From contig JBQNBN010000003.1 of NCBI GenBank assembly GCA_052169915.1, positions 3,441 to 67,440 on the forward strand: a stretch of 64,000 bases of DNA, read 5' to 3'. Shown here piece after piece: positions 1 through 10,485 of this stretch. The stretch's first letter is position 1. Each line of letters starts with the position of its first letter. Both the position numbers and the translations under genes were made by a program. Origin of the DNA: Treponema sp. GTDB taxonomy: Bacteria > Spirochaetota > Spirochaetia > Treponematales > Treponemataceae. The notes beneath the pieces were generated by a model that made no database searches, had not been told where the DNA came from, and saw nothing but the letters and a program-made list of their open reading frames with translations.

Positions 1-68
1 TCCGTATCGACTTAAAGCCGCATCTAAAAGCGTGATGACTTCAGCGTCATCGCATACGACAAGCGCTT

Positions 69-1043
69 TCATTCCGTCCCCAAATTTGTTACGACGTAAT
101 CGTATATCTGCCAAATGCCTTCGCGCTGGCGAACTTTATAAACGTAACTCTTTTTTTCGCGGAACGTCGGATACTTGAACCATTCGGTAACGGTAACCGT
201 TCCTTCCGTTTTGGAATAAAGCGTTTTTTCAATCTGGAAACTTTCAGGAATTGCGACGATGTCGTTATCAATGCGGGACTGCATTAAGTCCGCTTTGTAA
301 TTTCTCAAAAGACGGGCGCGTTCGTCAGCAGAAACGGAATTGTATTTGCGCTTTGCGGCGGCGTTTTTTTGCAGCATCGCTTCTACGTCCATGTAAAGGA
401 AGTATTGATCCCACAAGGATTTTTGCCGCGCAATAATTGTGCGCTCAACCACTTTGTCGGGAGAAATATCTTCAGGCTTCAAAAGTTCTGCCGTTTTATC
501 CTGCACGGGAAGAATTGCGGACGAGGCTGCCGAAGGGGAGGGGCGCACTTCAAGCGTGAGGCGGTTTGAGTCCAAAGAAACGTATTTTGATTTATAAAGT
601 TCAGGATAGAATTTTAAGTCCGCGTAATAAACTGCAGGTTCGGTTAAGTCGATATAGTCCTTTAAGTTTTCAACAAAGGAATATTCTTCGCCGGTGTCAA
701 GCGCAATATCGCGGAAATAGACGGCATGATTCGTCGTGCGTTTTTTTATCAGATTTTCCGACTGTGAAAGAGCCGTATTTTTTACCATTACGACATTAAA
801 ATCGACGCTGAACATTCTGTCGTCGGCAAGTTTAAAACGCATGGTCTGAGGAGAATTGTTTTTTATGGAAATGTGCACAAGGACGGGATTTGAGACCGAA
901 TCGCCCGGATAATACATCGTGCGGTTATAGTATTTGATGGAAACAGACAGATTTTTGTAGTCCGCAGGGGGAATATCCTCTGCAAACGTCTGTTGTCCAA
1001 AACAAAATAAAACCGCTATAATAGAAAAAACTGCTCGTTTCAA
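69..1043 (-). CDS. Hypothetical secreted protein
   Basis: 324-aa ORF with a signal-peptide-like N-terminus (MKRAVFSIIAVLFCFGQQTFA). No family recognised. Confidence 0.55.
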   Translation of the reverse strand: MKRAVFSIIAVLFCFGQQTFAEDIPPADYKNLSVSIKYYNRTMYYPGDSVSNPVLVHISIKNNSPQTMRFKLADDRMFSVDFNVVMVKNTALSQSENLIKKRTTNHAVYFRDIALDTGEEYSFVENLKDYIDLTEPAVYYADLKFYPELYKSKYVSLDSNRLTLEVRPSPSAASSAILPVQDKTAELLKPEDISPDKVVERTIIARQKSLWDQYFLYMDVEAMLQKNAAAKRKYNSVSADERARLLRNYKADLMQSRIDNDIVAIPESFQIEKTLYSKTEGTVTVTEWFKYPTFREKKSYVYKVRQREGIWQIYDYVVTNLGTE

Positions 1044-1097
1044 TGTAATTCTCCAAAATATATGTTGAAAAACCTGCTTTTATTATCGGCTTAAACT

Positions 1098-4000
1098 ATG
1101 AATATATTATCATCAAATTCCATACAAAATCTACTGCACGGCTGGAAAGATTTTTCTTCCGCTGTAAAAACCGTTTCTGCGCACAATGCGGAATTTCCTT
1201 GCGGAATAACGGGTCTTCACGGCTGCCTTAAAAGTTTTTTTATTTCCGAATACATTATTCAAAAGCGTATGCGATGCACACAAGCAGACACAGCGGGCAG
1301 TGGCAGCTCGGAACAAAATCAGCCTTATGTATGTGATATTTTTATCGTTGTGCAGAACGAGCGCGATGCGGAACTGCTTAAAACCGATCTTGCAACGATC
1401 ATCGAAGATGCCGATGTTTCGATTTTACCCGGCTGGGGAACTCTTCCATATCGTCCTGCATCTCCCGGAAATAAAATTTTTGGAGAGCGGGCAGATTTTT
1501 TATGCCGCCTGCTTTTGACTCAGTCTGGAACACGCAAAAAAAATCGTCCGCATATTTTTATTGCTGTCCAGCGTGTGCTTCTTACGCCTCTTACGCCGCC
1601 GAATTTCTTACGTCCGTTTATATTCGATTTGAAAAAAGGGCAAAAAATCGATACACAGGAAGTGTCTGCCAAACTCGTAAAAAGTTGTTATGTGCGCGTT
1701 CCAAAGGTGAGCGCACGCGGCGAATTCAGTCTCCGCGGCGAAGTGCTCGACATATTTTTGCCTGCCGGAGAAGATGCCGTCCGTATCGTGTTTGATTTTG
1801 ATAAAATCGAAGAAATTAAAACATTCGATATTGAAACGCAGACAACGACAGGAACTATGGATTCTGTTTTAATCTCTCCGATGAAAGAAGTTTTGTGGAA
1901 TGCAGAGCTTGTTTCCGTTCTTGAAGAAAGGCTGAAAAATGGAGCCGCAGCGGATAACGTCGGCGGAGAAGAAAATCTGTCGAATATTCAAATCGAGTAT
2001 TCGGAGCGTGCGCAAAACTTTGGAGAAAACCTCTTGCTTGAACTAGAAGAAATGGGGCAGAGCGAGGGCGAAGAGATTTTTTATCCTATTTTGTGGGATA
2101 AGAAATATTCGGTGTTCGATTATATTCCTTCGGATATGCCGGTTTTCTTTTTTGATTACGACAGACTTTGCAATGCGAATGAAAGTTTGAATCGGGAATT
2201 GTTCAACAGTTATAAAACTGCGGTGCAGAATATGTGCGTGCCTTTACCGTCAGCCGTGTCGCTTGAATTCGAAAGTCCGGTAAAAAACATAAAAGAGTCT
2301 ATATTTTTCTATACTATTGATATAAATAATTTTACCAAAACTGAAAAGTCTCATATAAAAATCGCTGCCGAACCTGCGCAAAGTTATTTTGGAAACATAA
2401 AATATCTTAAAGAAGAACTTGAAAAGTCGAATGCAAACGGCTGGACTTCCGTGATTTTTGCCGACAATCCGAATCAGGCTCTGCGCATTTCTGAAATTCT
2501 GAAAGATGTTACGGAGACGAGCGACGGCAAAAAAGCAAATATTTCGATTATCGGAAAAGCTGTTTCCGAAGGATTTGCCGTTCCTGATATCAAACTGCGC
2601 ATAATTCAGGAAAACGAGATTTTCGGACGGCGGAAATACGTTCCAAAGTCGATACAAAAAGCGAAAAGCACGGCAATTGATACTTTTGTTGACCTTACTC
2701 CGGGCGATTATATCGTGCACGTCAATTACGGAATCGGGATTTTTTGCGGAATCGACCGCGTTAAGGCGGGAGGAAACGAGCGCGATTACGTCAAACTTGA
2801 ATATGCCGACAAAGAATTCGTTTTTGTTCCGATTGAACAGGTCAATATGGTGCAGCGTTACGTCGGAAATGCCGGAAATGCGCCTCATCTCGATACGCTC
2901 GGTTCAAAAGCGTGGGAAAACCGCAAAAATAAAGTAAAACAGGCGGTCGAAGATCTTGCAGGAAAACTCATCGACTTGTATTCGCGGAGGAAAGCGGCAC
3001 ACGGATTCCCGTTCCCCAAAGACACCGAATGGCAGACGATGTTTGAAGCCGCCTTTCCGTATGAGGATACGGACGACCAAATTACCGTTACGGAAGAAAT
3101 TAAAAAGGACATGGAAAGCGCGTCTCCGATGGACAGGCTTGTCTGTGGAGATGTCGGCTACGGGAAGACTGAAATTGCGATGAGGGCGGCGTTTAAGGCG
3201 GTTATGGGCGGCAGGCAGGTTGCTTTTCTTGCGCCGACAACGATTCTTGCAGAGCAGCATTACGAAACCTGTATTGAACGCTTTAAAAACTTTCCGGTCA
3301 GGATTGCACAAATGTCCCGCTTTGTCCCGCCAAAAGAACAAAGAGAGACGCTTAAAAAACTTAAAGACGGACAAATCGACATTTTAATCGGAACGCACAG
3401 AATTATTCAAAAAGACGTGGTCTTCAAAAACTTGGGGCTGATGATAATCGATGAAGAGCAGCGGTTCGGCGTCAAAGATAAGGAAAAACTCAAAGTTCTC
3501 CGCAACAATATAGACTCCCTTGCGCTTTCGGCAACTCCTATTCCGCGAACGCTTCATATGAGCCTGTTGAAAATCCGCGACATGAGCCTTTTGACGACGC
3601 CGCCGAAAAACCGACAGCCGATAGAAACCGTTGTAGACGGATTTACGGATGAGCGGGTCGCCTCTGCAATCAGAAAGGAAGCGGAACGGGGAGGGCAGAT
3701 TTTTTATCTTCATAACCGAGTTGAATCGCTTGAAGAAACGCGGATAAAACTTGAGCGTCTGGTTCCCGAAATGCTGATTGAAACGGCGCACGGCAAAATG
3801 ACCGCCGACGAACTTGACGATATTTTCCGCCGCTTTAAGCTTGGCGGATTCAACGTTCTTGTTTCGACGACGATTATCGAAAACGGAATCGACATTCCGA
3901 ACGTCAACACGATTATCATCGACCGCGCGGATATGTACGGCGTCTCGCAATTGTACCAGCTTCGTGGGCGCGTCGGACGGAGCGACCGGAAAGCCTACGC

Positions 4001-4691
4001 GTATCTCTTGTATCCGGAAAACAAAGTTTTAAGCGAAGATGCGATGAAGCGTCTGCAGGTCATAAGCGACTTTACCGAGCTTGGAAGCGGCTTTAAAATC
4101 GCGATGAAAGACATGGAAATCCGCGGCGCGGGAAATCTTTTGGGGCGCGACCAAGCGGGTAACGTATATTCGGTCGGCTTTGACATGTACGTCAGGCTTT
4201 TGAACGACGCGGTGAACCGTCTTATCATGCAGGAAGAATACAAAGCGGAAAACGAAGTTCTGCTTGAACTTGAATACACCGGTTTTATTCCCGACTCTTA
4301 CGTTCAAAATCCGCAGACAAAGATGGAAATCTACAAAAAAATCGCCGCCGTCCAGACTCAAGATGAACTTGACGGCGTGTTTATCGAAGTAAGCGACCGT
4401 TTCGGACCATTGCCCGACGAAGTGAACAGTCTTATGTCCCTTGCAAGCATACGGATTTTATGCCGACGGTTGAACATATCTTCGATAAAAGAAAAAGCGG
4501 GCGTTGCCGCCGTGTCGTTTGAAAAAGTTTCGGATATTTCGATAGACAAAGTGCTGCGCCTCATAAAAGAATCGTCCGGCAGCGTAAAACTTGATTCCGC
4601 AAAGCCCAACGGCATATTCTTAAACACGGGCAATATCACCTTAAAAGAAAAAAGCGAGTTTATACGGGAGAAACTTGAGCGGATTGTGTGA
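1098..4691 (+). CDS. mfd: Transcription-repair coupling factor Mfd
   Basis: 1197-aa ORF with a CarD-like RNAP-interaction region (DYVKLEYADKEFVFVPIEQ). SF2 helicase motifs GDVGYGKTE and DEEQRFG are present, followed by a TRCF C-terminal region. Confidence 0.95.
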   Translation: MNILSSNSIQNLLHGWKDFSSAVKTVSAHNAEFPCGITGLHGCLKSFFISEYIIQKRMRCTQADTAGSGSSEQNQPYVCDIFIVVQNERDAELLKTDLATIIEDADVSILPGWGTLPYRPASPGNKIFGERADFLCRLLLTQSGTRKKNRPHIFIAVQRVLLTPLTPPNFLRPFIFDLKKGQKIDTQEVSAKLVKSCYVRVPKVSARGEFSLRGEVLDIFLPAGEDAVRIVFDFDKIEEIKTFDIETQTTTGTMDSVLISPMKEVLWNAELVSVLEERLKNGAAADNVGGEENLSNIQIEYSERAQNFGENLLLELEEMGQSEGEEIFYPILWDKKYSVFDYIPSDMPVFFFDYDRLCNANESLNRELFNSYKTAVQNMCVPLPSAVSLEFESPVKNIKESIFFYTIDINNFTKTEKSHIKIAAEPAQSYFGNIKYLKEELEKSNANGWTSVIFADNPNQALRISEILKDVTETSDGKKANISIIGKAVSEGFAVPDIKLRIIQENEIFGRRKYVPKSIQKAKSTAIDTFVDLTPGDYIVHVNYGIGIFCGIDRVKAGGNERDYVKLEYADKEFVFVPIEQVNMVQRYVGNAGNAPHLDTLGSKAWENRKNKVKQAVEDLAGKLIDLYSRRKAAHGFPFPKDTEWQTMFEAAFPYEDTDDQITVTEEIKKDMESASPMDRLVCGDVGYGKTEIAMRAAFKAVMGGRQVAFLAPTTILAEQHYETCIERFKNFPVRIAQMSRFVPPKEQRETLKKLKDGQIDILIGTHRIIQKDVVFKNLGLMIIDEEQRFGVKDKEKLKVLRNNIDSLALSATPIPRTLHMSLLKIRDMSLLTTPPKNRQPIETVVDGFTDERVASAIRKEAERGGQIFYLHNRVESLEETRIKLERLVPEMLIETAHGKMTADELDDIFRRFKLGGFNVLVSTTIIENGIDIPNVNTIIIDRADMYGVSQLYQLRGRVGRSDRKAYAYLLYPENKVLSEDAMKRLQVISDFTELGSGFKIAMKDMEIRGAGNLLGRDQAGNVYSVGFDMYVRLLNDAVNRLIMQEEYKAENEVLLELEYTGFIPDSYVQNPQTKMEIYKKIAAVQTQDELDGVFIEVSDRFGPLPDEVNSLMSLASIRILCRRLNISSIKEKAGVAAVSFEKVSDISIDKVLRLIKESSGSVKLDSAKPNGIFLNTGNITLKEKSEFIREKLERIV

Positions 4692-4798
4692 TGCAGAAAT
4701 GCGGAAACAAAGTAAAAACGATGTACTTTATTGCTTTTCATAATAAATATTCTGTCTATTTACATCAAAACAAACCTTCCCCTCTCAGCTTCCTCCCC

Positions 4799-6100
4799 CT
4801 ATTTCCTATAATGTATGCTCATTAAAATCCCGGTGCAGCTCATTGCAGTTAGAAGCGATGAGCCGCCGTAAGAAAGAAACAAAAGCGGGATGCCGGTAAT
4901 CGGCATAATGCCCATGACCATGCCGACGTTGATAAAAAAATGAATGATAAACATTCCTAAAATGCCGGAAGCGATATACATGCCGAAGTTGTCCATTGCG
5001 TTTTTGATAATAAAAATAGTTCTAAACATTATTATCATGTAAATTCCAAAAACTAAAATTCCGCCGAGAAAGCCGAGTTCTTCGGAGAGAATGCTGAATA
5101 TAAAATCGGTCGACTGCTGCGGGAGAAAACGGTAGTGGCTTTGCGTTCCGTGCAGGAATGAGCGGCCGCGAAAACCGCCGGCTCCTATTGCAATTTTTGA
5201 CTGAATGATATTCCAGCCGGAGCCGCGCGGGTCGACCGACGGATCCATAAATACGATAAGGCGCTGGATTTGGTATTCTTTGAGGAATTTTCCGGCGGCG
5301 CTCGACACGGTAAGTCCAATCGTAATGATTGCGAATGCAAATGCGATCCAAAAGTAGTATTTGGGCGCGTGAAAATACCGTCTGACAACAAAGGCCAGCG
5401 CGAATATCGACACGGAGGCGAAAATTAAAATCGCCTTTAATGAGCGGTTCGTAAGAACGCGGATTACGGCAACCGAGTCGTGGGCGATAAACTCATTCCA
5501 CACCGGCAATACCGTAAAGAGCACCGTTGCAGCCCCCGCTCCAAGCAAAAACACCAGATATTTATGCGGAATGCCTGCCATAAAGCACATAATAAAGAAA
5601 ATCGGAATGTAAACGGTCGACGTTCCTAAGTCCGGCTGAATAAAAACCAGTCCTGTCGGCAGGGCGAAAATGCCGATTGCGACAAAAAAACGTTTGAGCG
5701 GTTCTTCCCGCTCCGATTCTGAAAGATAGCGCGCAAGCATAATGATAAAAACGGCTTTTCCCAACTCGGACGGCTGGATTCCGAATTCCCAAATGCCTAT
5801 CCAACTGCGCGCGCCGTTCCGCTTGCTTCCGAACAGCAGTGTGTACGTAAGCACTACAATCAGTCCGAGGTAAAGCCATTTTGCAGGGCGCTCAAAGCGT
5901 CGATAGTCGGTAAACGTAAAGCCCAGCAAAAAGACCAGTCCGATTCCCGCCCAAACGATTTGTTTAACGTATTCGCGGGAAACAAGAACGCCGTCGGAAT
6001 TGACGCCTGATGAATAAATGAACGCAATTCCAGTCGCCGTAAGGATTAAGACTGAAAGCAGCATGATAAAATCGAAGTTTTCAAATATGTTTTTTTTCAC
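4799..6100 (-). CDS. rodA: SEDS-family peptidoglycan polymerase RodA
   Basis: 433-aa polytopic membrane ORF of FtsW/RodA/SpoVE type (GSGWNIIQSKIAIGAGGFRG, PQQSTDFIF). It is adjacent to PBP2 and mreBCD. Confidence 0.88.
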   Translation of the reverse strand: MKKNIFENFDFIMLLSVLILTATGIAFIYSSGVNSDGVLVSREYVKQIVWAGIGLVFLLGFTFTDYRRFERPAKWLYLGLIVVLTYTLLFGSKRNGARSWIGIWEFGIQPSELGKAVFIIMLARYLSESEREEPLKRFFVAIGIFALPTGLVFIQPDLGTSTVYIPIFFIMCFMAGIPHKYLVFLLGAGAATVLFTVLPVWNEFIAHDSVAVIRVLTNRSLKAILIFASVSIFALAFVVRRYFHAPKYYFWIAFAFAIITIGLTVSSAAGKFLKEYQIQRLIVFMDPSVDPRGSGWNIIQSKIAIGAGGFRGRSFLHGTQSHYRFLPQQSTDFIFSILSEELGFLGGILVFGIYMIIMFRTIFIIKNAMDNFGMYIASGILGMFIIHFFINVGMVMGIMPITGIPLLFLSYGGSSLLTAMSCTGILMSIHYRK

Positions 6101-6130
6101 GCGTTATCCTTTGTGCCTTCATTCAAGATT

Positions 6131-8008
6131 TTATTCTTGTCTGCCGCTCTTTTTTATCAAGTAATTAAAGCCCAGCGCGTTGACCGCCTGTTCGTAAGTT
6201 TGCTTTGCAAATATCCCCTGCAAAATGATATTCGTTGCGTAAGGCGCCCACCATTCCCACGGATTGCTCGCTTCTACGATAACGGCGACTGCAACCTGCT
6301 CTTCAGGCGGCGCGTCATACGGCGCGTACGCAACCATCCACGAGTGCCACGAGGTTTTATACGGCGCAACTTCCGCCGTTCCCGTTTTCCCCGCCGCCTT
6401 TACCAGTTTATTCCGCATCGGATACTGCGGCGTTCCGTCGGAAATCGTGTAGCGCATAACTTCCTGCACTTCTTTCCACACGTCCGCATCAATGTCGGAC
6501 TTTATCAGGACTTCGCGCTCAACCTTTTTTATTACGTCGTTCGTCACCGGATCGCGCACCTCTTTAAGCAAGTGCGGCTTATATATCACGCCGGAATTGG
6601 CAACCATCGCCGCCATATCCGCAAGCTGCAGGGGCGTTGCAAGCATATACCCCTGCCCGATTGAACACGACATCGTGTCGCCGCCGAGCCATTTTTCATG
6701 GTATTTACGCTCTTTCCATTCAGCGGTCGGAACAAAGCCCGTCTGTTGACTGGGAAGATCGATTTCGGCGCTGCGTCCAAAGCCGAATTCCTTTGCGTAC
6801 TGAGCGATTTTGTTGATTCCCAAATAGTCGCGTCCAATCGTCCAAAAATATATGTCGCACGACTGCGCAAGCGCGTTTTTCATATTGAGCCAGCCGTGCC
6901 CGGGTTCGTGGACGTGGCAGTGGAAAGTCCTGTTTCCGTAGAGCAGTTTTCCCTCGCATTCAATTTTTTTTGCCGAAGGAAACGCTTTTTCCTGCAGCAT
7001 TGCCGTCGACATCACGATTTTAAACGTTGACGCCGGCGGATAAACCGCGTTTACGGCGCGGTTTACCAGCGGAAGATTTTTTTCATCTCTGATAAGTTTG
7101 TTGTAATATTTTGCCGCGTCGTCGGTGTTAAAAATATTGGGGTCAAAAAAAGGATAAGAAACCATCGCAAGCACTTCCCCGTCGGCGGGGCGCAAAACGA
7201 CCGCCGCCCCTACCCTATTCCCGAGCGTTTTTTCGGCAAGCGTTTGAATCGCCGTGTCTATCGTCAGAATAAGATTTTTCCCCGACTTCGGCGGCTCTAT
7301 AACCGGCGTATCGGAAATAATGCGTCCGCGCGCGTCAACCGTCCGGCTTTCCCGCCCCGGCGTTCCTTGTAAAAGATAATCGTACTGCCGCTCAATGCCC
7401 GTTTTTCCCACGACGCTGTTCCGCGTATAGCCTTGATTGTACATGATATTCATTTCTTCTTTTGTAATATCGCCGACGTAGCCGAGTATGTGGGAAAGAG
7501 AACCCGTTTCAACATAATTTCTGACCGGTTTTGAAATCCAAGAAACGCCGGGAAAGTCGGTCTTATTTTCCGCAATATTCGAAATGACTGAAAAAGGCAC
7601 ATTCGAACGGATCGGAAACGAAATGAAATCCCTCCGGGATTTTTTAGGAATCTTTCTGTCGATGTCGAATTTGGAAATCTCAAGCACCGCGGCAAGTTTC
7701 GATGCGACCGTATCGTACATTCCCTTCGGAATTTCACCGGGCTTTAATTCCACCGAAAAGGATTCACTGTTGACAACCATAGGAAGCGAGGCGTTCCGGT
7801 CGAATATTTCTCCGCGCTGCGCGGGAATGCTCGTTATCTGACTTGAAATTGTCCGCGACTGCGAGCGGTATTTGGTCCCGTTGATAACCTGCAAAAAATA
7901 AAGCCGGTAAAAATAAATTGCGAATGAGAAAAGCAATGCAATCGACAAAGAAAGCAGTTTTGCGTTTTTGCTTTCCGAATGCAGCGGCGTCCGTGAAAAA
8001 TACGTCAT
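6131..8008 (-). CDS. mrdA: Penicillin-binding protein 2 (elongasome transpeptidase)
   Basis: 625 aa with an N-terminal membrane anchor. Transpeptidase motifs STFK (PPASTFKIV), SIGQG and KTGT (AGKTGTAEV) are present, and it sits in the mre/rodA cluster. Confidence 0.9.
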   Translation of the reverse strand: MTYFSRTPLHSESKNAKLLSLSIALLFSFAIYFYRLYFLQVINGTKYRSQSRTISSQITSIPAQRGEIFDRNASLPMVVNSESFSVELKPGEIPKGMYDTVASKLAAVLEISKFDIDRKIPKKSRRDFISFPIRSNVPFSVISNIAENKTDFPGVSWISKPVRNYVETGSLSHILGYVGDITKEEMNIMYNQGYTRNSVVGKTGIERQYDYLLQGTPGRESRTVDARGRIISDTPVIEPPKSGKNLILTIDTAIQTLAEKTLGNRVGAAVVLRPADGEVLAMVSYPFFDPNIFNTDDAAKYYNKLIRDEKNLPLVNRAVNAVYPPASTFKIVMSTAMLQEKAFPSAKKIECEGKLLYGNRTFHCHVHEPGHGWLNMKNALAQSCDIYFWTIGRDYLGINKIAQYAKEFGFGRSAEIDLPSQQTGFVPTAEWKERKYHEKWLGGDTMSCSIGQGYMLATPLQLADMAAMVANSGVIYKPHLLKEVRDPVTNDVIKKVEREVLIKSDIDADVWKEVQEVMRYTISDGTPQYPMRNKLVKAAGKTGTAEVAPYKTSWHSWMVAYAPYDAPPEEQVAVAVIVEASNPWEWWAPYATNIILQGIFAKQTYEQAVNALGFNYLIKKSGRQE

Positions 8009-8517
8009 CAGATGAACTCCGTGCGCCGAAGCGCAATCATACTTTCAAATGCGCCGAGCAGTTTAAACAAAACGGGCGCAAAAATCGTGTTTGCCCCAAG
8101 TTCAAACAAAAACGGAAACGATAAAAATCCTTCAGGCAGCGTAATTGCCGGAAAAAAAAGCGAAATGACATAGGTTAAAAGGAATTTAGACACGGTCCCC
8201 GCCGCTCCGAGCATACACGGAATAAAAATTCCTTTAAAATTCAAGGAATCATGAAAAAATCCCGCCGCATATCCGATGATTGTCCGAAAAATGCAGTTAA
8301 ATCCGAACGGGGCTCCCGTCATAAAGTCAAGCGCAAGACCTGAAACAAATCCCGCCGTCTCTCCGTACGTTTTGCCGTTCAAAAGAGAAAAATAGAGCGT
8401 ACTCAAAAGCAAAAAATCCGGTACGACGGGAAGCGCCGTAATATTTGCAAGCAAAGACGTTTCTGCAGTCGCAATACATATGATTATAATAGAAGAAATT
8501 GCAAATGATTTTATCAT
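8008..8517 (-). CDS. mreD: Rod shape-determining protein MreD
   Basis: 169-aa hydrophobic ORF between mreC and mrdA. It overlaps both neighbours by 1-4 nt, and its size and position are typical. Confidence 0.75.
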   Translation of the reverse strand: MIKSFAISSIIIICIATAETSLLANITALPVVPDFLLLSTLYFSLLNGKTYGETAGFVSGLALDFMTGAPFGFNCIFRTIIGYAAGFFHDSLNFKGIFIPCMLGAAGTVSKFLLTYVISLFFPAITLPEGFLSFPFLFELGANTIFAPVLFKLLGAFESMIALRRTEFI

Positions 8518-9380
8518 TTTTCTTTCCTCCTATCGTTTTGCTCCTTCATATTGACGACGACGACATTTTCAAGACGCGCAAAGTCGATGATGGGAACGAT
8601 TTCGATTGCAAGTGACGAATTATAGTCCTGCACGGAGATTTTAGAAATAGTCCCAAGCGGAATATCGCGCATATAGTTGTTGTTTTCGCCGGACGTTACG
8701 ACGATGTCGCCGAAATGCAGTTGGTCGATGAGCCGCTTACGGATATACTGCATGGAAAGCGGACGCTCCGCGCTCCCGTTGCCGGAAACAAGCCCCAAGT
8801 CTCGCGTATTTTGAATGCGCGCCGAAATTATGCAATCGAGGTTATAGACCGGCATAATAATGCTTGTAAACGGCGCGACCTGCACTACTTTCCCAACCAA
8901 TCCTGAGTTTCCATTTTGGTACGCGATAACCGGCATATTCTTTTTTACGCCCGCCGCGCTCCCCTTGTTTATCGTGAGGAATGCATAAACGCTGTCCGTA
9001 TCGCGGGCGATAATTTCTGCAGGGTAATTTTTTTCCGCAAGGGAAAGAGCAAAGCCCAATTGCTCCTTGAGCCGCTCGTTTTCTTTCATTATATCGGCGT
9101 TTGTTCGCCGCATTTGCTCGTAGTTTTCAAGGCGGCGCGTCAGGGCGTCGTAATCTTTCCGGAGTTTTGCCAATTCGTGCACGGATCCGACTGTTCCGCC
9201 GATTCCCTTTGCCGCAAAGTGAACGCCGCTTTGGAGCGAAGACAAAAGCGCAAAGCCTGCCGTCTTAAAATTGACTACAAAGCCGCCTGAACTGAATGCA
9301 AGCATAACGCCTGAGAGAATGACAATAACGGTGAGTAAAAATTCAGACAGTCTGAATGAAAAAACGCGCTTTGCGGACAT
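8514..9380 (-). CDS. mreC: Rod shape-determining protein MreC
   Basis: 288 aa with an N-terminal TM helix, a coiled coil (ENYEQMRRTNADIMKENERLKEQL) and then a beta-rich domain. It lies directly downstream of mreB. Confidence 0.85.
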   Translation of the reverse strand: MSAKRVFSFRLSEFLLTVIVILSGVMLAFSSGGFVVNFKTAGFALLSSLQSGVHFAAKGIGGTVGSVHELAKLRKDYDALTRRLENYEQMRRTNADIMKENERLKEQLGFALSLAEKNYPAEIIARDTDSVYAFLTINKGSAAGVKKNMPVIAYQNGNSGLVGKVVQVAPFTSIIMPVYNLDCIISARIQNTRDLGLVSGNGSAERPLSMQYIRKRLIDQLHFGDIVVTSGENNNYMRDIPLGTISKISVQDYNSSLAIEIVPIIDFARLENVVVVNMKEQNDRRKEK

Positions 9381-9382
9381 TT

Positions 9383-10420
9383 TTATTCATTGAGGCTGTC
9401 GTAAATCGAATGACCTGAGGACATATCGTGGAAAAGCGCAAACGCCTCCCCCGCTCCGATTGCAACGCAGTCAAGCGGATTTTCCACCAAAATGACGGGA
9501 ACGCCCGTTTCTTTTGAGATGAGTTTCGGAAGTCCTTTGAGCATTGAACCGCCGCCGGTCATAACAATTCCCCTGTCGACGATGTCGGAAGCAAGTTCCG
9601 GCGGCGTCTGCCCGATAACGTTTTTTATCTCTTCTACGATGCGTTTAACCGGCTCTTTCAGCGCTTCGCGCACTTCTACGCTGTCGATTTCAAGGCGGCG
9701 CGGAAGTCCGGTGATGGCGTCCGTGCCTTTCAGTTCCATTTTTTCAATCGTTTTGTCGGGCGCAGCATTTCCAATCTGGATTTTAAGCCTTTCCGCCGTC
9801 TGCTGCCCGATGATGAGGTTATGAACGCTTTTTACGTGCTTTACCAGCGCTTCATTGAATTTATTGCCGCCGACTCTGATGGAACTGGTGATTACCATTC
9901 CGTTGAGCGAAATAACGGAAACTTCAGTCGTTCCGCCGCCGATATCGCAAATCATGTGTCCTGCAGGCTCGTGAATGGGAATTTTTGCGCCGATTGCCGC
10001 CGCAAGAGATTCTGCGATAACTTCAACTTCTTTTGCGCCCGCTTTGAGAGAGGCTTCAATGACGGCGCGGCGCTCAACGTCCGTAATGCACGACGGAATG
10101 CCGATTTTTATCTTCGTGGATTTAATAATTTGCCTTCGCGGCGTAATTTTTGAAATAAAATATTTTATCATGCGCTCCGTGCTGTCAATGTCGGCGATAA
10201 CGCCGTCGGCAAGCGGGCGAATTGCGATAATATTGCTCGGCGTTTTTTCAAGCATATTTTTCGCTTCCGCGCCGACCGCTACAATTCGCTTTGTGCCTTT
10301 TTCGACTGCAACAACGGACGGTTCGTTTATGATAATTCCCCTGCCCTTGATATAAATCAGCGTGTTGCAGGTGCCTAAATCAATTCCTATATTGGTTGAA
10401 AATCTGTCAAGAAATCCCAT
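9383..10420 (-). CDS. mreB: Actin-like rod shape protein MreB
   Basis: 345 aa with phosphate-1 GIDLGTCNT, the connect motif AESLAAAIGA and phosphate-2 DIGGGTTEVSVIS. Confidence 0.95.
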   Translation of the reverse strand: MGFLDRFSTNIGIDLGTCNTLIYIKGRGIIINEPSVVAVEKGTKRIVAVGAEAKNMLEKTPSNIIAIRPLADGVIADIDSTERMIKYFISKITPRRQIIKSTKIKIGIPSCITDVERRAVIEASLKAGAKEVEVIAESLAAAIGAKIPIHEPAGHMICDIGGGTTEVSVISLNGMVITSSIRVGGNKFNEALVKHVKSVHNLIIGQQTAERLKIQIGNAAPDKTIEKMELKGTDAITGLPRRLEIDSVEVREALKEPVKRIVEEIKNVIGQTPPELASDIVDRGIVMTGGGSMLKGLPKLISKETGVPVILVENPLDCVAIGAGEAFALFHDMSSGHSIYDSLNE

Positions 10421-10485
10421 AAATCCTCCCGGATTTTAAACTTTTTAAGAAATCTGCAATTAAATTGCAACTTTCCTTTTGTTAC